Positions 18,776-28,750 of a stretch of 60,134 nucleotides of DNA are shown here, one piece after another. A program made the position numbers and the translations under genes. The DNA lies in assembly GCA_913046315.1 (NCBI GenBank), contig CAJWRW010000003.1, forward strand, positions 1-60,134, given 5' to 3'. Below the pieces are notes generated by a model, which had not been told where the DNA came from, searched no databases, and was given only the letters and a program-made list of their open reading frames with translations. Position 1 is the first letter of the stretch; each line of letters starts with the position of its first letter. Source of the stretch: an uncultured Flavobacteriales bacterium. GTDB taxonomy: Bacteria; Bacteroidota; Bacteroidia; Flavobacteriales; BACL11.

Positions 18776-20115
18776 ATTCCAGTATAGTTAAAAGGTGTAA
18801 TTGATAACAGCTCTTGTTTTACTTCTTCTGAAACGTCTAAGCCATTTATAAAATTAGCAATGCTTTCAGCATTTATTCTACTATTGGTTCTAGTTAAATC
18901 TTTTAATGTTTCGTAAGGGTTTGAGAAACCTTCTCTTCTTAAAAGAGTCTGAATTGCTTCTGCCACAACTGCCCAGTTTTCTTCCAAATCAGCATCTATT
19001 TTTTGTTGGTTTAACATGAGTTTGTCTAATCCTTTTTCTAGAGATGAGAATGCAATAATAGTGTGTGCGAATGGAACGCCAATATTTCTCAAGACAGTGC
19101 TATCAGTCAAATCTCTTTGTAAGCGAGAGATAGGTAGTTTTGGTGATAAGAAGCTAAAAACAGCATTTGCCATTGCTAAATTCCCTTCTGCATTTTCAAA
19201 ATCAATAGGATTCACTTTGTGTGGCATTGCTGATGAACCTACTTCTCCCTTTTTGATTTTTTGTTTGAAATAATCCATGGAGACATAAGTCCAGATATCT
19301 TTTGCAAAATCAATCAAGATGGTATTGATTCTACTTAGATTATCCATTAGTGCCGCCAAATTATCGTAATGTTCAATTTGGGTTGTGGTTTGTTGTCTTT
19401 TTAAGCCTAATGCCGAATGCGTAAATTCATTTGCAAAACTTACCCAATCAATATTTGGAAATGCAATATGATGTGCATTAAAATTGCCAGTAGCACCACC
19501 AAATTTTGCAGTAAAAGGAATTTTTTCTAGTAATTTAAGTTGATTTTCTATGCGTTCTTGAAAAACTTTCACTTCTTTACCTAGTCTTGTTGGTGATGCG
19601 GCTTGTCCGTGAGTTCTGGCAAGCATAGCAACATCTTTCCACTTTTTTATTTTTTCTTCTAATTTCTCAATAAGCACTTTAAGATGAGGAAGGTAATTTT
19701 CTTCCATAGCGTTCTTTACAGAAAGTGGTACAGCTGTATTATTAATATCTTGAGAGGTAAGACCAAAGTGGATAAACTCCTTAAACTCTTGCAATCCCAA
19801 CTCGTCAAATTTTTCTTTAATGAAATATTCTACTGCTTTTACATCATGATTTGTAGTGGCTTCAATGTTTTTTATTCTTTCAGCATCTTTTGAAGAAAAA
19901 GTAGCATACAATTTTCTTAAGTCTGAGAATTTATCAGCTGGAAAATGACCCAATTGTAGAATTGAACTATTGCAAAGTGCAATAAAGTATTCTATTTCAA
20001 CCAAAAGTCTATATTTAATAAGAGCTTCTTCAGAAAAATACTGCTTCAAACTTTCAGTTTTCCTGCTGTACCTTCCATCAATTGGTGATATTGCCGATAA
20101 TGCAGTAAATGCCAT
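18772..20115 (-). CDS. purB: Adenylosuccinate lyase
   Basis: 447 aa. Fumarate-lyase family signature GSSAMPHKVNP. The N-terminus LSAISPIDGRY is typical of PurB. Confidence 0.95.
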   Translation of the reverse strand: MAFTALSAISPIDGRYSRKTESLKQYFSEEALIKYRLLVEIEYFIALCNSSILQLGHFPADKFSDLRKLYATFSSKDAERIKNIEATTNHDVKAVEYFIKEKFDELGLQEFKEFIHFGLTSQDINNTAVPLSVKNAMEENYLPHLKVLIEKLEEKIKKWKDVAMLARTHGQAASPTRLGKEVKVFQERIENQLKLLEKIPFTAKFGGATGNFNAHHIAFPNIDWVSFANEFTHSALGLKRQQTTTQIEHYDNLAALMDNLSRINTILIDFAKDIWTYVSMDYFKQKIKKGEVGSSAMPHKVNPIDFENAEGNLAMANAVFSFLSPKLPISRLQRDLTDSTVLRNIGVPFAHTIIAFSSLEKGLDKLMLNQQKIDADLEENWAVVAEAIQTLLRREGFSNPYETLKDLTRTNSRINAESIANFINGLDVSEEVKQELLSITPFNYTGI

Positions 20116-20137
20116 TTTTTCACTTTTTTTGTAGACG

Positions 20138-20145
20138 CAAATTTA
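20138..20145 (-). promoter_or_regulatory. -7 promoter box (TAaaTTTG) upstream of purB
   Basis: Forward CAAATTTA. It lies 23 nt upstream of the purB ATG (20115). Confidence 0.35.
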
Positions 20146-20227
20146 CTAAATATTTGGACAAGAGATCTGATTTTTGAAATCATAAATGAATGCTATTTCG
20201 CTACCATTCTTTTGCTATTTTTGAAAA

Positions 20228-20716
20228 ATGGATTTCTTAATACTAATATTTGTCATATTACTTTTAATTATTGGGCTTGCTGGATGTATAATTCCAGCTT
20301 TGCCAGGACCTCCAATTTCTTTTTTAGGCTTACTCCTTTTTCACTTTTTTACTTTACACCACATGAACACTAATACGTTATGGTTGTTAGCAGTAGTTGT
20401 AAGTGTTATTACTTTTTTAGATTATTGGCTGCAAGTATATGGTGTTAAAAAGTTTGGAGGAGGGAAAAAAGCAATAAATGGAACGATTGTTGGGTTAATC
20501 TTGGGACTTTTTATTTTCCCTCCTTTTGGAGTTATTATTGGTCCATTTATTGGTGCATTTATTGGCGCAAAAACTGAGGAAAAAGAAGATTCATCTCGAG
20601 CCATAAAAATTGCATTAGGTGCACTTGCAGGATTTTTGGGAGGTACTATTCTGAAATTTGCCGTAAGTATTTATATTACTATATTAGTTATCAATCAATT
20701 CTTTTTAATATTCTGA
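20228..20716 (+). CDS. DUF456-like small integral membrane protein
   Basis: 162 aa with four hydrophobic segments and Gly-rich helices (PFGVIIGPFIGAFIGA). The pattern resembles the DUF456 family. Confidence 0.6.
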   Translation: MDFLILIFVILLLIIGLAGCIIPALPGPPISFLGLLLFHFFTLHHMNTNTLWLLAVVVSVITFLDYWLQVYGVKKFGGGKKAINGTIVGLILGLFIFPPFGVIIGPFIGAFIGAKTEEKEDSSRAIKIALGALAGFLGGTILKFAVSIYITILVINQFFLIF

Positions 20717-21453
20717 TGAGACATAAGCTTTCAGTTGTTTCTTATCTTAATACGATACCATTTGTGTATGGGTTGCAACAATCTACTTTTGGTAATAAAC
20801 TTGATATCAGTTTGGACATACCTTCTGCTTGTGCAGAAAAATTAATTCACGGAAATGTGGATATTGGTTTAGTGCCGATTGTGGTGTTAAAACAAATGCA
20901 AAACGCTCAAATTATTTCAAATTATTGTATAGGTGCTAATGGAGCTGTTGATACAGTTTGTCTTTTTTCTAATGAGCCAATTTATAAAATTGAAAGCATT
21001 TCACTCGATTACCAATCGATAACTTCAGTAGCGCTTTTGAAAATTTTACTTAATGAATATTGGAGGATTTCTCCTGAACTATTGCCGTCAAGATCCGGCT
21101 ATGAGGATGAAATTAAGGGCAAAAAAGCTGGATTAATAATTGGTGATAGGGCTTTTCAGTATCAAAACAAATTTGATTATAATTATGATTTAGCTGAGAT
21201 ATGGAAATTACATACAGGATTGCCCTTTGTTTTTGCTTGTTGGATTTCTAATATGAAACTGGATCATAATTTTCAAATTGAATTTAATAAAGCCTTAAGT
21301 TTTGGTATCAATAATATTGAGAAGGCAATTGGAGCAGCAGTTGAGATTTATAGCCATTGTAAAAATCCTACTGACTATCTAAATAATAAAATTTCGTACC
21401 AATTGAATTCTCAGAAAAGAAAAGCAATGCACGTTTTTTTGGAAAAAATCTAA
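20716..21453 (+). CDS. mqnA: Chorismate dehydratase (futalosine-pathway menaquinone biosynthesis, MqnA family)
   Basis: 245 aa. N-terminus KLSVVSYLNTIPFVYGL, then PS.CAE.L..G.VDIGLVP and GLPFVFACW. These are characteristic of the MqnA/VitK2-biosynthesis periplasmic-binding-like fold. Confidence 0.8.
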   Translation: MRHKLSVVSYLNTIPFVYGLQQSTFGNKLDISLDIPSACAEKLIHGNVDIGLVPIVVLKQMQNAQIISNYCIGANGAVDTVCLFSNEPIYKIESISLDYQSITSVALLKILLNEYWRISPELLPSRSGYEDEIKGKKAGLIIGDRAFQYQNKFDYNYDLAEIWKLHTGLPFVFACWISNMKLDHNFQIEFNKALSFGINNIEKAIGAAVEIYSHCKNPTDYLNNKISYQLNSQKRKAMHVFLEKI

Positions 21454-21917
21454 TCTGTTAATTTCTTCATTCTTCTGTAATCTATACATCCATCTACCAA
21501 ACTTTCAAACTCCTTGAGTTTTTTTGGGGCACCATAGTAATCAATAATTTTCTTCTTTTGCTTATCCTTTTGAATGAAAACTATGGTTTTAGGCAAGTCG
21601 GTTATATTTGCAGTATATTTATCTTCCATTTCAAAAAATCCAATTTCAACAGCCCTTTTTAGGATATAATTAGTAGTTTTTTTACTAACGGAAAACTCAT
21701 AATCTCCCAAATAATCTACAAAGCGTTCTCCATGATAAAAAGCAGAGCCATCAGAATATATTTCTATTTTATAAATAGGGCAAGTGCCATAGCACGCAGT
21801 CCTTTCTAGAGTAATAATTAGTTCTCTTTTTTCTTTCTTTACTTTTGATTTTATGCTTTTTTTACTGCTTCCACAAGCAAAAAGTGCAAAAAGTAAAATC
21901 AAAGGGAACCACCTCAT
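21450..21917 (-). CDS. Lipoprotein, resembles DUF6438
   Basis: 155 aa. Lipobox LFACGS. The motif RTACYGTCPIYKIEIY is, as I recall, typical of DUF6438 proteins. Confidence 0.55.
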   Translation of the reverse strand: MRWFPLILLFALFACGSSKKSIKSKVKKEKRELIITLERTACYGTCPIYKIEIYSDGSAFYHGERFVDYLGDYEFSVSKKTTNYILKRAVEIGFFEMEDKYTANITDLPKTIVFIQKDKQKKKIIDYYGAPKKLKEFESLVDGCIDYRRMKKLTD

Positions 21918-23737
21918 TATTTCTTCTGCCTATTTCTCATTTGTTGCTCTTGCCTTCTTTGCATCTCTTCTAGCTTCTTCTGAAACTTAGATTTTGGTTT
22001 AGCCGGTTTCTTTTTATTGGCTTCAATTTGTGTCATTATCGCGTCTTCATCAATAAAGCGTTTCATAAAGTATTGTTGCCCGAAAGTAATCATATTAGCT
22101 AAGAAATAATAATAAGAAAGTGCAGCTGCATAGTTGTTAAAAAATCCTAAGAACATAACAGGCATAAGGTACATCATCCATTTCATTTGAGCCATTTGCC
22201 CTCCCATAGCTTGGGTATTCATTCTAGTATAAAGTATTGTAGAAACAGCCATCAAAAGTGTAAATAGACTCACATGAGCCCCATAAAAAGGAATCTCAAA
22301 TGGTAGGCTCGTAATTGAATCATAAGAAGATAAATCATCTGCCCAAAGGAAACTTTTTTGCCTTAACTCAATAGAGGCAGGAAAAAAACGAAACATGGCA
22401 ATTAAAATAGGAAATTGAAAAAGCATAGGTAAACAGCCGCCCATAGGATTTACTCCTGCTTTTCTGTAAAGTGCCATGGTTTCTTGCTGCACCTTCATAG
22501 GGTCTTTCTTATTATGCTTTTCACTAATTTTATCAATCTCTGGTTTCAGTACTTTCATTTTTGCTTGTGAGAGATAGGCTTTGTAAGTAAAAGGAGAAAG
22601 TACTAATTTTATGATAATAGTAAGCAGTAAAATGATGAGTCCGTAATTACTCATGTATTTGCTTAAAAAATCAAAGATATTGATAATAATATATTGATTA
22701 ACCCACCCAAAAATTCCCCATCCAAGAGGAATTAATTCTTCAAACCCAGCATTGTAGGACTTTAATATTTTATAATGATTTGGCCCAAAATAGAATTGAA
22801 AATTGAGTTGTTCTTTGTTTTTATGCTTGTATGGTAATTCAAATTGAGCACTTAAATCCTTAATGTATTTGGAGTTTTCCTTTTTTTTAGAAGATAGATA
22901 GGTAGGTTTTTCAAAACCATCTTGCGAAATAAATATACAACTGAAAAATTGCTGCTTGAAAGCCACCCAATTCAGCTTTGATTTTATTTTTTCCTCATCA
23001 GAGGAGGTGAAGCTTAAATAATCAACTTCATCATCAGCACTATATTGGTATTGAAGGCCAGTATACATATCCTGATTCGATTTGCTTTTTTCAGTTTGTG
23101 GCGTTTTCATTTGCCAATGCAAATTCATGTAATTTACTCCAGATGGAATCAGCTTTTCCATTCCTACCAAATTGATGTCAAAATCTATTAAGTAATCATC
23201 AGAAATGGTATACACATATTCAATATAATGATTGGCGTCTACCAAAAGCTTCATGCTCAGTGAACTACCTTCATTTTTGCTTTCAAAGTAAAGCTCGCTA
23301 GTTTCTATCGCTTTTCCAGTCGAGAATTCCAGATTGAGTATGGAAGAATCTGCATCAAAAAGCTGTAGCGGCAAACTATCATAAGTTTCAAATTCTTTCA
23401 ATAACACAGAGGTAATTCTTCCTCCTTTGTTGGAAAAAGTGATTTTCAGCTTATCGTTTTCTAAAAAAGATTCTGCCTCAACTCCCATTGCAGCATTTGC
23501 AAATACACCATACTGATTGATTTGTTGCTGTTTGACAATTGAGTCTACAATTGCATCTGCAATTATTTCTGTGTCGTTTTGCTGAAGTGTAGATTCAGTA
23601 TTTTCACTAGTAAATACTGCCGATTCTTGCTTTGCCGGTTCCACCTCTATTTGCGGAAAGAAATATGTATTAAAAATAATGAGAATAAATCCCATTAATA
23701 AAAGTCCTATTAACGAATTTTTATCGTATTGTTTCAT
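21917..23737 (-). CDS. yidC: Membrane protein insertase YidC
   Basis: 606 aa. N-terminal TM helix, large periplasmic domain, and C-terminal 60-kDa insertase core (MKVLKPEIDKI..., GVNPMGGCLPMLFQFPI). It lies immediately downstream of pyrG, as in many Bacteroidota. Confidence 0.93.
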   Translation of the reverse strand: MKQYDKNSLIGLLLMGFILIIFNTYFFPQIEVEPAKQESAVFTSENTESTLQQNDTEIIADAIVDSIVKQQQINQYGVFANAAMGVEAESFLENDKLKITFSNKGGRITSVLLKEFETYDSLPLQLFDADSSILNLEFSTGKAIETSELYFESKNEGSSLSMKLLVDANHYIEYVYTISDDYLIDFDINLVGMEKLIPSGVNYMNLHWQMKTPQTEKSKSNQDMYTGLQYQYSADDEVDYLSFTSSDEEKIKSKLNWVAFKQQFFSCIFISQDGFEKPTYLSSKKKENSKYIKDLSAQFELPYKHKNKEQLNFQFYFGPNHYKILKSYNAGFEELIPLGWGIFGWVNQYIIINIFDFLSKYMSNYGLIILLLTIIIKLVLSPFTYKAYLSQAKMKVLKPEIDKISEKHNKKDPMKVQQETMALYRKAGVNPMGGCLPMLFQFPILIAMFRFFPASIELRQKSFLWADDLSSYDSITSLPFEIPFYGAHVSLFTLLMAVSTILYTRMNTQAMGGQMAQMKWMMYLMPVMFLGFFNNYAAALSYYYFLANMITFGQQYFMKRFIDEDAIMTQIEANKKKPAKPKSKFQKKLEEMQRRQEQQMRNRQKK

Positions 23738-25350
23738 TACTTCTTCTGATTAAGACAAGCTTTCAAAAAATGAATAAAAAGTGGATGAGGATTAGACACT
23801 GTACTTTTGTATTCTGGATGGAATTGCACGCCTACAAACCAAGGATGATTGTTAATTTCAACTATCTCAACCAAATTACTTTTAGGGTTTATTCCAGTTG
23901 CATTCATTCCGGCTTTCTCAAACTTTTCTAAATAAGTATTATTGAATTCGTATCTGTGTCTGTGCCTTTCTTTTGTGGCTTTTTGATTGTATGCTTTTCT
24001 TGTTTTTGAGCCACTTTTTATATCGCAAGGGTATTCACCTAATCTCATGGTACCTCCTTTATTGATGATTTTAGTTTGTTCTTGCATCAAATCAATAACT
24101 GGAAATTTTGTTTTTGAATCAATCTCTGTTGTGTGTGCGGTTTTCATTCCTAATACATTTCTAGCAAATTCAATTACGGCACATTGCATCCCAAGACAAA
24201 TGCCAAAAAATGGGATGCTGTTTTCCCTTACATATTTAATTCCTGCAATTTTACCTTCAATTCCTCTATCGCCAAAACCAGGAGCAACTAAAATTCCATC
24301 TAAGTTTTGTAATTCTTTTTTTACATTCTTAGTATCTATACTTTCAGCATGAATCCATTTTACTTCTACTTCGCAATTATGGTTTGCACCAGCATGAATT
24401 AAGGCTTCCGAAATGGATTTGTAAGAATCTTTCAGTTCGATATATTTTCCAATCAACCCGATTTTAACTTTTTCCTTAGGATTCTGTAACTTTTTCAAGA
24501 AATTATTCCAATTATCAAGGTTTAATTTAGTAGCATGATTCAAATTCAATTTTTTCAAAACCACTTTATCCAAACCTTCATCTAACATTTTAATTGGCAC
24601 TTCATAGATAGAATCCACATCAATAGATTCAATTACAGCATCTTTCCCCACATTACAGAATAGCGCTATTTTTCTTTTAATATTTGCATCCAAATGATGT
24701 TCAGTTCTACAGACCAGTACATCTGGCTGAATCCCAGACTCCAATAGTGTTTTTACCGAATGTTGAGTAGGTTTTGTTTTTAATTCTCCTGATGCTTTCA
24801 AGAATGGGATTAAAGTAAGATGAATAAACAAAGCATCATCTTCTAGTTCCCATTTAAGCTGACGAACCGCTTCAATGTAAGGTAATGATTCAATGTCTCC
24901 AACTGTTCCGCCAATTTCAGTAATTACAAAATCATATTTTTTAGTGTCTCCTAAGATTTTGACACACCTTTTTATTTCATCAGTAATGTGTGGAATAATT
25001 TGTACAGTTTTCCCCAAATAGGCGCCCTCTCTTTCCTTGTTTATTACTGTTTGATAAATTTTTCCAGTAGTAACATTATTGGCTTGTGAGGTTGGAGTGT
25101 TCAGGAACCTTTCATAATGCCCTAAATCCAAATCAGTTTCTGCACCATCTTCTGTAACATAGCACTCCCCATGTTCATAAGGGTTCATTGTTCCCGGATC
25201 CACATTAATGTAAGGATCTAACTTTTGAATGGTTACGGAATAACCTCTAGCAATCAATAATTTTCCTAATGATGCAGAAATGATGCCTTTACCTAATGAA
25301 GAGGTTACACCGCCTGTTACGAAAATGTATTTTGTAGCAGAAATGCTCAC
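23737..25350 (-). CDS. pyrG: CTP synthase
   Basis: 537 aa. KYIFVTGGVTSSLGKG synthetase N-terminus and GATase motif FGICLGMQ. GTG start at 25350. Confidence 0.96.
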   Translation of the reverse strand: MSISATKYIFVTGGVTSSLGKGIISASLGKLLIARGYSVTIQKLDPYINVDPGTMNPYEHGECYVTEDGAETDLDLGHYERFLNTPTSQANNVTTGKIYQTVINKEREGAYLGKTVQIIPHITDEIKRCVKILGDTKKYDFVITEIGGTVGDIESLPYIEAVRQLKWELEDDALFIHLTLIPFLKASGELKTKPTQHSVKTLLESGIQPDVLVCRTEHHLDANIKRKIALFCNVGKDAVIESIDVDSIYEVPIKMLDEGLDKVVLKKLNLNHATKLNLDNWNNFLKKLQNPKEKVKIGLIGKYIELKDSYKSISEALIHAGANHNCEVEVKWIHAESIDTKNVKKELQNLDGILVAPGFGDRGIEGKIAGIKYVRENSIPFFGICLGMQCAVIEFARNVLGMKTAHTTEIDSKTKFPVIDLMQEQTKIINKGGTMRLGEYPCDIKSGSKTRKAYNQKATKERHRHRYEFNNTYLEKFEKAGMNATGINPKSNLVEIVEINNHPWFVGVQFHPEYKSTVSNPHPLFIHFLKACLNQKK

Positions 25351-25376
25351 AATTATATAGCCATTTTAATTGTTGC

Positions 25377-25384
25377 CAAAAATA
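25377..25384 (-). promoter_or_regulatory. -7 promoter box (TAttTTTG) upstream of pyrG
   Basis: Forward CAAAAATA. It lies 27 nt upstream of the GTG start. Confidence 0.4.
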
Positions 25385-25449
25385 CTATTTCAAGCCGATT
25401 ATTTCGAACTTGATAATACTTTTTAATAAAATTTTTAAAATGTCAGAAA

Positions 25450-27705
25450 TTAGAATGTGATACTGGCGCCAATACTTGGCATTATTGGTAGTTGATTTAC
25501 CCTTTCGTACTTAATTCTATTAAAATAAAAAATGTTTTCTCTATTGTATACATTTGTAACAGATGCACTAATTTCCAAATCTGATTTATTCGCCACTTTT
25601 ACGATTTTTGATATCGATAAGTCAAGGCGGTGGTAGTAAGGTAAACGCCCTTTATTTAATTCAGCATATTGAATTCCTAAATCACCATTTACAGATGTAT
25701 AATCGGTATTAATGCCATCTTCAAAGGTTAAGCTTTCATAAAATCCTTGTGTTTGGGTAAAAGGAAATCCAGAACCTAAATTCCATCTTAAATCAGTTTT
25801 CCAACTATTATTTCTACCAAATTTGAAAGAGGCGACAAAATTCACATTGTGTCTTCTGTCAAAATGAGGGGCATATTCTTTAATCCCATCATCCCTACGC
25901 ACAAAGCCTAAAGAATAAACACCCCACAGATAGAGTTGTTTATTGCTATATTTTAGAAGTACATCTAATCCTTGCGCATATCCCGTTTCAATAATAAAGT
26001 CATCATCTGAATTAGATGTTTTGTTTCTGTTAATATTGGTTTGTTGTGTAAAATTCTTTCTATACCCCTCAATACTCAAATCCATATTATTACTTAAATC
26101 ATATTCAATTCCAGATATAAAATGAGTAGCTTTTTGTAGTTTGTGTGGGTATTCTTCTCCATTGGTTTGAAGTGGAATATCTTCAGGTCCAGATATAAAG
26201 CCATAGAATAAATTCACCACATCTCTATCAGAGACTGTGCTTAAAATATTTTGAGAATAAATTCCTGTGGCGAATTTCAAACGCAATTTATCTGTTAAAT
26301 TATACTTCATTCCTAATCTTGGTTCAGGAGAAAATCCAAGGGTGTATTTCTGTATTCTAAAACCAGGTTCAATTATAAATCGGGTAGAAGTGTATTGATA
26401 ATTCACATAAGCTGAAAATTCAGAGGTATTTTCATCTTGCTCAATTATAGAGTTGACAGAGTTGAAAGTACTAAAATCGGTCTCAAAGCCTAATACATCA
26501 AATCCATATTTAATTTTTCCTTTAGAAAGGAAATAAGTAAAATCAAAACCTAAATTAAAACCAATAATTTCGCTTGATCTTAATGGGGATGCAGCTTCCT
26601 TCATGCTTATTCCATAATTAGAAAAAGCAAAATTTCCTTCAATTAAAATTGGAGAGCTCCCAGGAACGAGTATAAACTGGCTACCAACTCCTTTGGAATC
26701 CCATTCCAAGTCAGATATGTATTGGTAATTCACTCTGTCAGAGAAATTAAAACCAAATACATTCAATTTGCTGCCGTTATCGCCATGAAACGAAAACTTT
26801 CCATACAAATCAGTATAAGAATAGGGTAATCCTTTTTCATCAAAATAAAGGATAGGATGTTTGTAGAAAAGTTCAGAACTTTTATTCAAATAAGAGGTTT
26901 TGCCTGAAAAGACAAAAGAAGACTTTCCCTTTTTACTAAGTGGCCCTTCCAGCAATAATTTTGAACCAAAAGTGTTAGCAGATAGTTTGCCTTCAAAGTT
27001 TTTCTTATTTCCATCCCTTGTTTTAATATCCATAATAGATGATATCCTACCACCATATTCTGCATTAAAACCACCTGTGTAAACATCTGTATTTCTTATA
27101 ATATCGGTATCAAAAACCGAGAATAATCCAATTGAGTGGAAAGGGCTGTACACAATCATTCCGTCTAAAAGCACTTTATTTTGAACGGGAGACCCTCCCC
27201 TAATATAGAGCTGTCCACCCTGATCGCCAGTAAAAACAACTCCCGGAACAATTTGTAAATACTGAGCTAAATCAGGTTCACCTCCAATGGCTGGAATCAT
27301 TTCCAAATCTTTTGGCGTTATTTTAATTACAGCAGCCTTTACTTCTGTTTTCATTTCTTGCCTTTCAGCTGACACTTTTACCTCATCTAACTTAATGCTC
27401 GATTCAGAAAGTTCAAATTTTTTGGTGAGGATTTTTCCTGCAGACAAATGAATGTTTGCATGTAATGAATCATAACCCAAATAAGTAATGATGATTTTAT
27501 AATGGCCAGCAGGCACATTAGCAATAGAAAAAAAACCATTTACATCAGTTGGTGCCCCTAGTGTTGTTTCTGCTAAAGAAACGTTACAAAAAATAATTGG
27601 CTCTGCACTTTCTTTATCATACACAAAGCCTCTTATAGTTCCACTTTGCGCAAAAATTATTGTGCTTAACAATAGTAATAAAGATATAGAAAGTAGTTTT
27701 TTCAT
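25450..27705 (-). CDS. TonB-dependent outer-membrane receptor with N-terminal carboxypeptidase-regulatory-like domain
   Basis: Signal peptide MKKLLSISLLLLLSTIIFAQ, CarboxypepD_reg-like segment (GTIRGFVYDKESAEPIIFCNVSL...TDVNGFFSI), plug region (VPGV...GG.L.IRGG) and C-terminal beta-barrel ending in F. The TTG-extended start at 27726 is unlikely. Confidence 0.88.
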   Translation of the reverse strand: MKKLLSISLLLLLSTIIFAQSGTIRGFVYDKESAEPIIFCNVSLAETTLGAPTDVNGFFSIANVPAGHYKIIITYLGYDSLHANIHLSAGKILTKKFELSESSIKLDEVKVSAERQEMKTEVKAAVIKITPKDLEMIPAIGGEPDLAQYLQIVPGVVFTGDQGGQLYIRGGSPVQNKVLLDGMIVYSPFHSIGLFSVFDTDIIRNTDVYTGGFNAEYGGRISSIMDIKTRDGNKKNFEGKLSANTFGSKLLLEGPLSKKGKSSFVFSGKTSYLNKSSELFYKHPILYFDEKGLPYSYTDLYGKFSFHGDNGSKLNVFGFNFSDRVNYQYISDLEWDSKGVGSQFILVPGSSPILIEGNFAFSNYGISMKEAASPLRSSEIIGFNLGFDFTYFLSKGKIKYGFDVLGFETDFSTFNSVNSIIEQDENTSEFSAYVNYQYTSTRFIIEPGFRIQKYTLGFSPEPRLGMKYNLTDKLRLKFATGIYSQNILSTVSDRDVVNLFYGFISGPEDIPLQTNGEEYPHKLQKATHFISGIEYDLSNNMDLSIEGYRKNFTQQTNINRNKTSNSDDDFIIETGYAQGLDVLLKYSNKQLYLWGVYSLGFVRRDDGIKEYAPHFDRRHNVNFVASFKFGRNNSWKTDLRWNLGSGFPFTQTQGFYESLTFEDGINTDYTSVNGDLGIQYAELNKGRLPYYHRLDLSISKIVKVANKSDLEISASVTNVYNRENIFYFNRIKYERVNQLPIMPSIGASITF

Positions 27706-27737
27706 TTTATTAAAAATTGGTGACAAATGTAATGAAA

Positions 27738-28736
27738 TTAGTGCAGGATTTTATATACCAGCTCTTTAAGTAAATCACCATCTTTTGTACTGGAATTGTT
27801 TACTCCTTTTGATTTCAAATCATATTGCTTTAAAAAACTGAAAATGTTAAACAATTTGGTTTGAGAATAATTTCGAGCAGCACTGCTATATTGTTGTACA
27901 AAAAATGGATTTATTTTCAGTACTGATGCAACATTTGCTTTGCTTTTGTCTTTCAAGCTATGATATGTCATTAGTTTTTGAAAATAAGAAAACAACATGC
28001 CAAGTGTGACCACAAAAGGATGATTCTTTGGGTTAGTTGCAAAATGATTTGCAATTCTATTGGAACTGAGAATATCCTTTTTACCCAATGCCTGTTGGAA
28101 TTCAAAAATGTTGTAATCCTTACTTATGCCTATATTTTTCTCAACTATTTCCGCAGTTATTTTCTTATCATTTTTAACAATTAGAATCAATTTGTCTAAC
28201 TCATTGCTGATGTTAGAGAGTTGATTTCCTAGAAATTCAGCCAGCATAAAAGCGGCTTTTTCTTCAATTTGAAATTCTTTTTCGCTTAAATAATTTACAA
28301 TCCAATACGGAACTTGATTATCATAAAGCTTTTTGCTTTCAAATAACAAAGCCTTTTTGCTAAGGTTTTTTCCAAACTTTTTTCGCTTGTCTAATTTTTT
28401 GTACTTGTAGCAAATCACTAAAATAGTAGAGGGTAGCAGGTTGTCAGTATAGACCTCTAGTTCCTCAATATTTTTGATGTTTTGAGCTTCTTTAATAATT
28501 ACTACTCTTTTTTCTGCTCCAAATGGAAATTGCTTTGCTTCTGCAATAATTTGTGCAACTTCTATGTCTTTTCCATACAATATAGTTTGATTGAATTCTT
28601 TTTCTTCAGGAAGCAAAATATTTTTGGAAATATAGTCCGTAATTTTGTCAATATAAAAAGGCTCTTCTCCCATTAAAAAATAAACAGGATGAAAATTTTT
28701 ATTCTTTATTTCTGATATGATTTCTTTATAATTCAC
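27738..28736 (-). CDS. holA: DNA polymerase III delta subunit
   Basis: 332 aa. The N-terminal pattern PVYFLMGEEPFYID is typical of HolA. The size and the HsdR_N neighbour are typical of Bacteroidota. Confidence 0.85.
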   Translation of the reverse strand: MNYKEIISEIKNKNFHPVYFLMGEEPFYIDKITDYISKNILLPEEKEFNQTILYGKDIEVAQIIAEAKQFPFGAEKRVVIIKEAQNIKNIEELEVYTDNLLPSTILVICYKYKKLDKRKKFGKNLSKKALLFESKKLYDNQVPYWIVNYLSEKEFQIEEKAAFMLAEFLGNQLSNISNELDKLILIVKNDKKITAEIVEKNIGISKDYNIFEFQQALGKKDILSSNRIANHFATNPKNHPFVVTLGMLFSYFQKLMTYHSLKDKSKANVASVLKINPFFVQQYSSAARNYSQTKLFNIFSFLKQYDLKSKGVNNSSTKDGDLLKELVYKILH

Positions 28737-28750
28737 TTAATTTGCTTTTT

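Noticed and set aside
20216-20223. TATTTTTG -7-like box 5 nt upstream of the DUF456-like gene ATG.
   Set aside because: It could indicate another leaderless transcript. However, there is no supporting -33 element and this is a single occurrence in T-rich DNA, so I left it uncalled.
23987-24352. 121-aa plus-strand ORF inside pyrG.
   Set aside because: It is antisense to conserved CTP synthase sequence, and nothing independent supports it.
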